Part shown: one piece after another, positions 16,303-24,018 of the stretch
Numbering within the stretch: the stretch's first letter is position 1
Layout of the letters: each line of letters starts with the position of its first letter
Source of the DNA: Prevotellaceae bacterium
Lineage (GTDB): Bacteria > Bacteroidota > Bacteroidia > Bacteroidales > Bacteroidaceae
Reading direction: 5' to 3'
DNA length: 64,000 nucleotides
Assembly: GCA_022508665.1 (NCBI GenBank)
Contig: JAFLUT010000002.1
Location: forward strand, 7,606 to 71,605
Notes under the pieces: model-generated
What the model was told of the DNA's origin: nothing
Databases searched by the model: none
What the model saw: only the letters and a program-made list of their open reading frames with translations
Translations under genes and position numbers: made by a program

Positions 16303-18111
16303 TCAATCGCCGTCAAGTTTCAGCACGGCAAGGAACGCTTTTTGAGGCACACTCACGTTGCCAATCTGCTTCATTCGCTTCTTGCCTCGCTTCTGCTTCT
16401 CAAGCAGTTTTCTCTTTCGTGTCACGTCGCCTCCGTAGCACTTGGCAAGCACATCCTTTCGCACCTGCTTCACCGTCTCGCGAGCAACGATTTTACCGCC
16501 GATGGCTGCCTGTATCGCTATGTCGAACTGCTGACGGGGCAGAAGTTCTTTAAGCCTCTCGCACATGCGGCGACCGAGCGTGACGGCATTATCGACGTGT
16601 GCCAAAGCCGAGAGGGCATCCACGGGTTCGCCATTGAGCAGGATGTCGAGTTTCACCAGTTTGCTCGGACGGAAACCTGCGGGATGATAGTCGAATGAGG
16701 CATAGCCGCGGCTCACGCTCTTCAACTTGTCGTAGAAGTCAATGACAATCTCGCCAAGCGGCATAAGGAACTCTATTTCAACACGATTACCTGCGATGAA
16801 GTCCTGCTTCACCAGTTCCGCACGCTTGCCGAGACACAAGGTCATTATGGGCCCTATGTAGTTGGCGGTGGTAATGACCGTGGCACGGATGTATGGCTCT
16901 TCCACATGGTCGATGAGCGTGGGGTCGGGCATTCCGCTCGGATTGTGAACCTCCTGCACGCCTCCGTGCTTGTCGTATACCATGTAACTAACGTTTGGCA
17001 CGGTGGTAATCACGTCCATGTTGAACTCTCTGTCGAGCCTCTCCTGCACAATTTCCATGTGGAGCAATCCGAGGAAACCGCAGCGGAAACCGAAGCCGAG
17101 TGCGGCGGAACTTTCGTGCATGAAGGTGAGCGATGCGTCGTTCAGTTGCAACTTCTCAAGCGATGTGCGCAGGTTCTCATATTCGTCTGTTTCAATAGGA
17201 TAGATGCCGGCAAAGACCATCGGCTTCACTTCTTGGAAACCCTGTATCGCTTCGTCCGTAGGATTGGTGAGCGATGTGATTGTGTCGCCCACTTTCACCT
17301 CCGTGGCGTTCTTTATGCCCGTGACGATATATCCCACGTCGCCTGTCTTCAACTCCTTCTTCGGCACCATGTCCATTTTCAGCGTGCCGATTTCCTCTGC
17401 CATGTACTCTTTCTTGGTGTTGATGAACCGCACTTTTTCTCCCGGACGCAACACGCCGTTGAGTATCTTGAAATATGCGATGATGCCACGGTAAGAGTTG
17501 AACACGGAATCGAAAATCAATGCTTGCAACGGTGCATTCTCATCTCCCACGGGGTGCGGCACTCGCTCCACTACGGCGTTGAGTATTTCGCCTACTCCCT
17601 CGCCTGTCTTTCCGCTGGCATATATGATGTCGTCGACGTCGCACCCGATGAGGTCGATAATCTCGTCCGCAACCTCCTCTGGCATGGCATTCGGCATGTC
17701 TATCTTGTTGATTACAGGAATAATCTCAAGGTCGTGGTCAATCGCCATGTAGAGGTTTGAAATCGTCTGCGCCTGCACGCCCTGCGTGGCATCGACAACG
17801 AGCAGCGCTCCTTCGCAAGCGGCGATGGAACGGCTCACCTCGTAGGAGAAATCGACGTGTCCCGGAGTGTCGATGAGGTTAAGCACAAACTTCTGCCCCT
17901 TATATTCCTCATTGTCACCATTGTAGGCATGCTCCATCTGTATGGCATGGCTCTTTATGGTGATGCCTCGCTCCTGCTCCAAATCCATGTCGTCGAGCAT
18001 CTGCCCTTGCGTTATCTCGATAGTCTTCGTCGTCTCCAGCAGACGGTCGGCAAGGGTCGACTTTCCGTGGTCGATGTGTGCTATTATACAAAAGTTCCTG
18101 ATGTTTTTCAT
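16303..18111 (-). CDS. lepA: translation elongation factor 4
   Basis: [17 protein letters not shown]1 motif, 602 aa, and a LepA-specific C-terminal region. Confidence 0.97.
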   Translation of the reverse strand: MKNIRNFCIIAHIDHGKSTLADRLLETTKTIEITQGQMLDDMDLEQERGITIKSHAIQMEHAYNGDNEEYKGQKFVLNLIDTPGHVDFSYEVSRSIAACEGALLVVDATQGVQAQTISNLYMAIDHDLEIIPVINKIDMPNAMPEEVADEIIDLIGCDVDDIIYASGKTGEGVGEILNAVVERVPHPVGDENAPLQALIFDSVFNSYRGIIAYFKILNGVLRPGEKVRFINTKKEYMAEEIGTLKMDMVPKKELKTGDVGYIVTGIKNATEVKVGDTITSLTNPTDEAIQGFQEVKPMVFAGIYPIETDEYENLRTSLEKLQLNDASLTFMHESSAALGFGFRCGFLGLLHMEIVQERLDREFNMDVITTVPNVSYMVYDKHGGVQEVHNPSGMPDPTLIDHVEEPYIRATVITTANYIGPIMTLCLGKRAELVKQDFIAGNRVEIEFLMPLGEIVIDFYDKLKSVSRGYASFDYHPAGFRPSKLVKLDILLNGEPVDALSALAHVDNAVTLGRRMCERLKELLPRQQFDIAIQAAIGGKIVARETVKQVRKDVLAKCYGGDVTRKRKLLEKQKRGKKRMKQIGNVSVPQKAFLAVLKLDGD

Positions 18112-18147
18112 CTGTCAGTTATTTTGATTGGCAAAGGTACAAAAAAA

Positions 18148-18175
18148 ATGCGTCACCCCAAAAAGAGCAACGCAT
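18148..18175 (-). terminator. putative terminator of the wHTH gene
   Basis: ATGCGT/ACGCAT stem followed by T8 on the reverse strand. The stem is short and the loop is large. Confidence 0.4.
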
Positions 18176-18199
18176 TTTTATAGTTGTGACAACAACTAA

Positions 18200-18412
18200 T
18201 TACTTGAGCGAGTAAACGTAAGGGTCTTTCTCGTCGCCTGTCTCCACTGCATCGATTTTGTCCTCGCGGAGCAACCAACCAAGACCGAGGTTGAAATCCT
18301 TTTCAGCAAGTTTAGTTGTTTTCTTAATTTGCTTGAATGTCAACGCTGCATCTGATGCTGAAAGAGCATTCCAGATAAGACCTGCAATGTTTCCTGCTTT
18401 TTCCTGTAACAT
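18200..18412 (-). CDS. small winged-helix-like protein
   Basis: 70-aa ORF (AGNIAGLIWNALS...LTFKQIKKTTKL...LGLGWLLREDKI) resembling stand-alone wHTH proteins. A reverse-strand TAACTTTG box lies upstream, near 18503-18520. Confidence 0.65.
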   Translation of the reverse strand: MLQEKAGNIAGLIWNALSASDAALTFKQIKKTTKLAEKDFNLGLGWLLREDKIDAVETGDEKDPYVYSLK

Positions 18413-18650
18413 AATCTAAATTTTTTTACATTTAATTGTTGTTAATGTTTTCTGTTATGGCATTTAGAGGCTACTCATCATTACTTCGCCTCTCAAAAAC
18501 CATTGCAAAGTTACGATTTTTAATAAAAATTATAAAACATAAACTATAAAAATCATTGAAAAAACACTAAAAAAAAGTAATTAAGCCATAAATTACGCCT
18601 TCTAAATAGCAAAAATGCAGCAAAACGTATGTAAATGATAGCAAAATAAA

Positions 18651-18676
18651 AAGGACTACGTTCATTCGTAGTCCTT
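18651..18676 (-). terminator. intrinsic terminator after the oad-operon lipoprotein gene
   Basis: AAGGACTACG-loop-CGTAGTCCTT followed by TTTTTATTTT on the reverse strand. It overlaps the stop codon. Confidence 0.6.
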
Positions 18677-19075
18677 CTTTTCAAAGTGATATTCTGCCAA
18701 TTTATCTCCGGTGGCATCATCGTGGTATATGTACGTGAAACTGACACCTGCCTCCTTGTACTTGGAGAACTGCACCGAATTTCTTACCGCTCTCAGGTTC
18801 TGGTCACCCATTTCTCCCAAATGGTTCATCAGTTCGCTACGCTGTTCCGTGGTAAGTATCAGCGAGTAGTACTGTTTCAAATCACCTGCATCCCCTTTTG
18901 GCTCGAACACCATGCTGTCAAGCACCGTCACCTCGTCAAAGCGCTGAGGGCAATGAGTCACGGTGTATTCCCGTGCCTCACGCTCAAAGCGGTCTTGAAG
19001 TTTCTCTTGACATGAAGAGAAAGCGCAAAGGGTTATTGCAAATAATATATAATGTACACGTAAGCCTTTCCTCAT
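18662..19075 (-). CDS. hypothetical lipoprotein, co-oriented 8 nt after oadB
   Basis: 137-aa ORF with the lipobox-like LCAFSSC. No family recognised. Confidence 0.65.
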   Translation of the reverse strand: MRKGLRVHYILFAITLCAFSSCQEKLQDRFEREAREYTVTHCPQRFDEVTVLDSMVFEPKGDAGDLKQYYSLILTTEQRSELMNHLGEMGDQNLRAVRNSVQFSKYKEAGVSFTYIYHDDATGDKLAEYHFEKKDYE

Positions 19076-19082
19076 CGCCTCC

Positions 19083-20357
19083 TTACACCGACAAATTCTG
19101 CAAGAATGAAATCAGCACACCTGCTGCTACGGCTGAGCCGATAACGCCTGATACGTTTGACGACATGCAGTAGTTGAGGACGTGGTTCTTGGGGTCGTAC
19201 TTGGTGGAAATCTCGTTGCATACGCGAGAAGCCATTGGCACGGCTGAAAGTCCTGTGGCACCGATGAGCGGATTGATTTTCTTCTTGGAGAAGAGGTTGG
19301 TGATTTTCACCATGCAGATGCCTGATGCGATTGACAAGCCGAAGGCGAAGAAACCGCCGATGACGATGCCGATGGTTGTCCAGTTGAGGAACGCCTGCAC
19401 GGTCATTGTTGCACCTACGCAAAGTCCGAGGAATACGGTTGCGGTGTTCATGATTGAGTTGGAAATGGTGTCGAACAGACGGCTTGTGTCAGAGCCGATT
19501 TCCTTCAAGAGATTGCCGAACATGAGCATGCCGATGAGGCTTACTGCTGATGGCACGAGAAGGGCAACGATTGTAGTCACCGCGATTGGGAAAATAATCT
19601 TGATGACTTTCTCGTTCTTGATTTTCTGACCAGAAGGATAGAGCCTATCCTGCTCCTTCATGTTGATTTTCAACTCTTTCTCCGAGCAGAGCATCTTCAC
19701 TACCAATGGGATGATTACAGGCACGAGAGCCATGTAAGAGTATGCCGCAATGGCAATTGGCGCAAGAAGATGCGGTGCAAGTTTGATTGTGGTGAAGATT
19801 GCCGTAGGGCCGTCAGCGCCACCGATGATGCCGAGCGATGCTGCCTCCTTGATGTTGAACGCTCCCGAACCTATTGCCACGAGAAGCACGGTGAAGATAC
19901 CGAGTTGTGCGGCTGCTCCGAAGATGGAGAGGCGAAGGTTGCGAAGCATAGGGCCGAAGTCGGTCAATGCACCTACGCCCATGAAGATTACTGGTGGGAG
20001 GAAACCCGTCTTGATGAGCATATAGTAGAGGAAGTTCATCAATCCGAGTTCGTGAGCAATCTCTGGAAGCGACATTTCCCAAATGTTCTCTGCAAGCACG
20101 TTGCCAGCCGCATCACGAATACATCCCGTCTCGTCTGCCTGATACACTCCCATGTCGCCGCCGGGGAAGTTGGCGATGAGTACACCGAAGGCGATAGGTA
20201 TGAGGAGAAGCGGCTCGAAGTGCTTCACGATGCCGAGGTACAGAAGTACGAAGGCAAGCAAATACATTATTATATATGTACCGTTGGATGCGGCAATGTC
20301 GCTGAATGCCGTCATCTGGTACACGTTGTTCAGTATTTCTTCCATATCATTAAGCAA
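19083..20357 (-). CDS. oadB: sodium ion-translocating decarboxylase beta subunit
   Basis: 424-aa polytopic ORF. The conserved OadB/GcdB/MmdB-type segments GADGPTAIF and NLLKE-like motifs are present. Confidence 0.9.
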   Translation of the reverse strand: MLNDMEEILNNVYQMTAFSDIAASNGTYIIMYLLAFVLLYLGIVKHFEPLLLIPIAFGVLIANFPGGDMGVYQADETGCIRDAAGNVLAENIWEMSLPEIAHELGLMNFLYYMLIKTGFLPPVIFMGVGALTDFGPMLRNLRLSIFGAAAQLGIFTVLLVAIGSGAFNIKEAASLGIIGGADGPTAIFTTIKLAPHLLAPIAIAAYSYMALVPVIIPLVVKMLCSEKELKINMKEQDRLYPSGQKIKNEKVIKIIFPIAVTTIVALLVPSAVSLIGMLMFGNLLKEIGSDTSRLFDTISNSIMNTATVFLGLCVGATMTVQAFLNWTTIGIVIGGFFAFGLSIASGICMVKITNLFSKKKINPLIGATGLSAVPMASRVCNEISTKYDPKNHVLNYCMSSNVSGVIGSAVAAGVLISFLQNLSV

Positions 20358-22194
20358 GTTTCATAATTGGGTCATCTTCTTCTACTGAGTCTCCCGAATT
20401 GACAAGGATTGCAGTGATTGTACCTGCCTTGTCGGCACGGATAGCGTTGAATGTCTTCATCGCCTCGATGTATCCGAGAGTGTCGCCTGCCTGCACGGCA
20501 TCGCCCACCTTCTTTGGTGTCTCAGAGTTGTCTTTCACGAGGTAGAACTTGCCTTCGAGCGGAGCGATGATGTCTTCACCCTCGCCAGCAGGAGCGGCAG
20601 GTGCTGCGGCAGATGCGGCTGCTGATGCTGCAGGAACAGCGTCGCCGTATGCGATTTCAACCTTGTAGTTCACTCCGTTCACCTGAACAGTCACGCTCTT
20701 TGGACCTTCTGCGCCAGCGGCAGGTGCGTTCTTGGCAGCCTTACGCTTTGCGAGGTCAGCCTCGAAGTCAGCCTTTGCCTTGCCGCTCTTGTAGGCACGA
20801 TACTGCTCTGGGTGCATTGCCAGTTCGAAGAGTTCCTCGTCGTCCTGTCCGAAGTCCCAGCCGTTCTTCTTCATTTCCTCCTTGTACTCGTCGAGGTTGT
20901 CTGGGTAGTACGATTGTGGGTCGGCAGTCTCAAACTCACGTCCCTGCTCCTTAGCCATTTCAACGAGTTCGGGTGCAACAGGACCGGGCAACTGACCGCT
21001 CTTGCCGAGAATCATATCCCAAATGTTGTCGGCAATCATGCTCCAGCGAGCCTTGCCCTTCTCCATCTGGATTACGTTCATCAGTGCGAGGTTCTTCACA
21101 TACTGAGAGAATGGAGTCACGAGGCATGGATAGCCAACCTTTGGCCAAACGTATGCCACTTCGTCGAAGAGTTTCACGAGCAACTGGTCAGTAGTGAGTT
21201 CTGGCTGATTGTTCTTCACCTTCCACTTGTTGAGCGACTTGAGGTTGTCCTCAAGGTCGGTCATGAGCGAACCCATCATACCGCCCGGCAGACCCGGCTT
21301 GACGAGCAGCGAGTTGTTGAGGTGGTTGAGTTCGGGAATGTAGTATCCGAGGAAGTCGTCGCACATCTCCTGAATCTGAGTGCGCACCTCCATGTATGCC
21401 TCCATGTTGATTTCCTTCACCTTGAAGCCAGCATCCTTCAGCATCTCCTGCACGGCGATGATGTCGGCATGGCCAGTACCCCAAGAGAGAGGTGACATGC
21501 CAGTATCTACGATGTCGCATCCTGCCTCGCACACTTCGAGGATTGAAGCCATGCTGAAGCCCGGACCTGCGTGTGAGTGATACTGAATAACGATGTCTGG
21601 ATTGATTTTCTTGATGCCCTCAACAATCTTGCCGAGCGTAACGGGGCGACCGATACCTGCCATGTCCTTCAAGCAGATTTCGTCAGCACCTGCGTCGATG
21701 AACTTCTTAGCGAGGTCAACGTAGTATTCCACCGTGTGGATTGGCGAGTGAGTGATGCAGAGAGAAGCCTGTGCAATCATTCCCGCCTCCTTGGCATACT
21801 GTATTGAAGGTATCACGTTGCGTGGGTCGTTCAGTCCGCAGAAGATGCGAGTGATGTCCGTACCCTGCGCCTTCTTCACCTTATAGAAAAGTTTACGCAC
21901 GTCCTTTGGCACAGGACTCATGCGGAGAGCGTTCAGCGCACGGTCGAGCATGTGAGTCTGAATGCCTGCCTCATGGAATGGCTTTGTCCATTCACGCACA
22001 GCCTTGTTTGGGTTTTCTCCGTAGAGAAGGTTTACCTGCTCGAAACCACCTCCGTTAGTCTCGACACGGTCGAAACATCCCATCTTGATGATTGCAGGAG
22101 CAACTTTTACGAGTTGGTCAACGCGTGGCTGATACTTGCCAGCACTCTGCCACATGTCGCGGAAGACCAGTGAGAACTTTACTTCTTTAGCCAT
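20350..22194 (-). CDS. oadA: oxaloacetate decarboxylase alpha subunit (5S carboxyltransferase plus biotinyl domain)
   Basis: 614-aa ORF. It has an N-terminal HMGL-like/PycB carboxyltransferase region, an Ala/Pro-rich linker, and the C-terminal biotin attachment context GYIEAMKTFNAI. Confidence 0.88.
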   Translation of the reverse strand: MAKEVKFSLVFRDMWQSAGKYQPRVDQLVKVAPAIIKMGCFDRVETNGGGFEQVNLLYGENPNKAVREWTKPFHEAGIQTHMLDRALNALRMSPVPKDVRKLFYKVKKAQGTDITRIFCGLNDPRNVIPSIQYAKEAGMIAQASLCITHSPIHTVEYYVDLAKKFIDAGADEICLKDMAGIGRPVTLGKIVEGIKKINPDIVIQYHSHAGPGFSMASILEVCEAGCDIVDTGMSPLSWGTGHADIIAVQEMLKDAGFKVKEINMEAYMEVRTQIQEMCDDFLGYYIPELNHLNNSLLVKPGLPGGMMGSLMTDLEDNLKSLNKWKVKNNQPELTTDQLLVKLFDEVAYVWPKVGYPCLVTPFSQYVKNLALMNVIQMEKGKARWSMIADNIWDMILGKSGQLPGPVAPELVEMAKEQGREFETADPQSYYPDNLDEYKEEMKKNGWDFGQDDEELFELAMHPEQYRAYKSGKAKADFEADLAKRKAAKNAPAAGAEGPKSVTVQVNGVNYKVEIAYGDAVPAASAAASAAAPAAPAGEGEDIIAPLEGKFYLVKDNSETPKKVGDAVQAGDTLGYIEAMKTFNAIRADKAGTITAILVNSGDSVEEDDPIMKLA

Positions 22195-22219
22195 ATCTTT
22201 TTCTCCTTAAAAAATTATT

Positions 22220-22489
22220 CTACAATTTAGTGATTTTCGATGCACGTCCCTTTCCGCCAGTGATTTGGCTGATTGCGGCATCAATGATAGCCTTTGTGTT
22301 TGCGTCGATGCTCTCCACGGCCTTAGCCACAGGAGCCGCCTTCTTTGCCACCGTCTCTTCTGGCGCCCACTTGTTCACCGCCCAGATGAGGAGTTTGCCG
22401 AGGTTAATCACGATGAGCAGCACGAGGAACACCGTAACCATACCGACAGCGAGGAGCTGTAATGCTCCGTAAATGTCATTTGTTATCAT
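22220..22489 (-). CDS. oadG: OadG-family decarboxylase gamma subunit
   Basis: 89-aa ORF with a single N-terminal TM (LLAVGMVTVFLVLLIV) and an Ala/Lys-rich tail. It occupies the first position of the oadGAB order. Confidence 0.75.
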   Translation of the reverse strand: MITNDIYGALQLLAVGMVTVFLVLLIVINLGKLLIWAVNKWAPEETVAKKAAPVAKAVESIDANTKAIIDAAISQITGGKGRASKITKL

Positions 22490-22530
22490 ACTTCCAATAA
22501 AATTAAATCTTTCTACGTTAAAAAACTATG

Positions 22531-22538
22531 CAAAGATA
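22531..22538 (-). promoter_or_regulatory. -7 box TATCTTTG for oadGAB
   Basis: Reverse-strand TAnnTTTG match about 42 nt upstream of the oadG ATG. Confidence 0.5.
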
Positions 22539-22625
22539 CGGAGAAAATCTCACATATCAAATAATATGCAGTACGTTTTTTGTAAATAGGTGGAAAAAGA
22601 TGATTTTGGTAAGGAAGGGGTTTCG

Positions 22626-23042
22626 CTATTTGTTATCTGTTATCTGTTATTTGTTGCATTTGTTACCAACTCACAAATGCGTGCATACGCTGAAAACACT
22701 GGGCTTGCGTGTGTTTTTGGGTATCTTTCGGCAACAGATAACAGATAACAAATAGAATTTTTCGATGTGGAGGGATGCGGCGATTTTGGGGAGGAGAAAA
22801 AGACGAAAAAGGAGGGTAAAAAAATAAGTTTGTATTATATTATAATAATTAATTATTATAATATAATACAAAAATTTGTTGTCTTTTATTTTCTGCGTCA
22901 AATTGCAAAAACCTATTTGTTATCTGTTATCTGTTGCCAACCGCATACAAAATTCGCCGCAAGCCCAGTGTTTTCAGCGTATGCGCCACATTCCGCATCG
23001 GTAACAAATACATTTGTTGCCAGTTTGTTGCAGGTGATTTGC
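22626..23042. repeat. composite palindromic intergenic element B (nested perfect inverted repeats, GTTATCT microsatellite arms)
   Basis: The 23-mer CTATTTGTTATCTGTTATCTGTT occurs at 22626-22648 and 22913-22935, and inverted at 22733-22755. There is a 26-bp perfect IR (22730-22755 with 22913-22938) and a 27-bp perfect IR (22683-22709 with 22958-22984). Both IR pairs are centred near 22834. Confidence 0.9.
22829..22872. repeat. 44-nt perfect A/T-only palindrome
   Basis: TTTGTATTATATTATAATAATTAATTATTATAATATAATACAAA is self-complementary. Confidence 0.95.
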
Positions 23043-23075
23043 AGGGCGCGTTTTGCACGAAAGCACAGCAAACAT

Positions 23076-23190
23076 ACCTTGCTGCGACAAACAGCGGAGC
23101 GATGAAGCGATAAACGGCGTGGCGATGTTACGATGAACGGTGCAGCGGTATGGCGATGAACGGCAATTACGGCATGCGGTTCACGGCAAA
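23076..23190. repeat. direct-repeat array B, 5 units phased at 23 bp
   Basis: The cores CGACAAACAG, CGATAAACGG, CGATGAACGG, CGATGAACGG and CGGTTCACGG start at 23085, 23108, 23131, 23154 and 23177. Confidence 0.85.
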
Positions 23191-23235
23191 CAACAGAAAA
23201 TCATCAAAATTGTTTGCAATATGGCTTTTAATCGT

Positions 23236-23243
23236 TATCTTTG
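23236..23243 (+). promoter_or_regulatory. -7 box TATCTTTG for the vapBC-like pair
   Basis: TAnnTTTG match 24 nt upstream of the 23267 ATG. Confidence 0.5.
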
Positions 23244-23266
23244 CAAAAAATAACAATAAATAATTT

Positions 23267-23521
23267 ATGGCAACAGCAGTTCTTGCAAATGGGTTATGGT
23301 ATGCCATACCAAATTCTGACACAGACTTCTTCAAAAAGTTGGCAAAAAGAATGGGGTGGACACAATGTAAGACGGATGCGCTGAAACCGCAGGAGGTGGA
23401 GGCAAAACCTGCATTGTGGACAGACGAACTTGTTGGCAAATGGCAGGACACACGCTCGACGGAGCAAATTTTGCAGGACATTCACGATGCACGCACCTCT
23501 AACGACGACATTGCATTATGA
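23267..23521 (+). CDS. putative antitoxin (VapB position; family not recognised)
   Basis: 84-aa ORF whose stop overlaps the PIN toxin start (ATGA). The call rests on position only. Confidence 0.55.
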   Translation: MATAVLANGLWYAIPNSDTDFFKKLAKRMGWTQCKTDALKPQEVEAKPALWTDELVGKWQDTRSTEQILQDIHDARTSNDDIAL

Positions 23522-23916
23522 ACGGCTACATGCTTGACACAGACATTGTTGTGTTCTTCCTTCGCAACAAAAAAGGCATTGGAGAACGTTTGTCGGAATT
23601 AAATTCCAATGACATATATGTGTCAGAGGTAACTGTAGCAGAATTGGAATACGGAAGCAGATGCAGCGGTCGGTATGCAGAGAATAGCGAACTGGTACGC
23701 AAGTTCCTTTCAAAAGTCAATGTTGTCCCTTTTTCCGTTTCTATACGCAGATATGCTTCAGAAAGGCATCGTCTGCGCAGCCACGGCACTCCGATTTCCG
23801 ATTTTGACTTGCTCATTGGATGCGCCGCAGTGGAAAAAGGCTTGGTTATGGTGACAAACAACGTGGCTCATTTTTCCAGAATAGACGGGATAAAGATTGA
23901 AAACTGGGTCGTTTAA
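23518..23916 (+). CDS. vapC: type II toxin VapC (PIN domain)
   Basis: 132 aa. PIN acidic residue contexts MLDTDIVV, SEVTVAELEYG, DLLIGCAA and VTNNVAHFSRI. Confidence 0.88.
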   Translation: MNGYMLDTDIVVFFLRNKKGIGERLSELNSNDIYVSEVTVAELEYGSRCSGRYAENSELVRKFLSKVNVVPFSVSIRRYASERHRLRSHGTPISDFDLLIGCAAVEKGLVMVTNNVAHFSRIDGIKIENWVV

Positions 23917-23975
23917 TTCATTGCGTCCACACTGTTTTTCTCTCATTTTTATTTGCCTGTTCAAGAAAAATTTTG

Positions 23976-23983
23976 TAACTTTG
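23976..23983 (+). promoter_or_regulatory. -7 box TAACTTTG for the EIIC gene
   Basis: Exact consensus about 36 nt upstream of the 24019 ATG. Confidence 0.5.
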
Positions 23984-24018
23984 TCGGGTAATTCAATTGC
24001 TAACTAACCAAAATCAAT

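Noticed and set aside
22671-23105. ORFs 22671-22901 (-) and 22767-23105 (+), both containing the peptide YYIIIINYYNIIQ.
   Set aside because: The shared peptide is the 44-nt A/T palindrome translated on both strands. The ORFs cross the inverted repeats and have no start context, so they are artefacts of palindromic DNA.
23267-23916. The vapBC-like pair as a novel system.
   Set aside because: The PIN toxin with an overlapping upstream small antitoxin is a standard type II TA arrangement. Only its unusual flanking repeats are reported.
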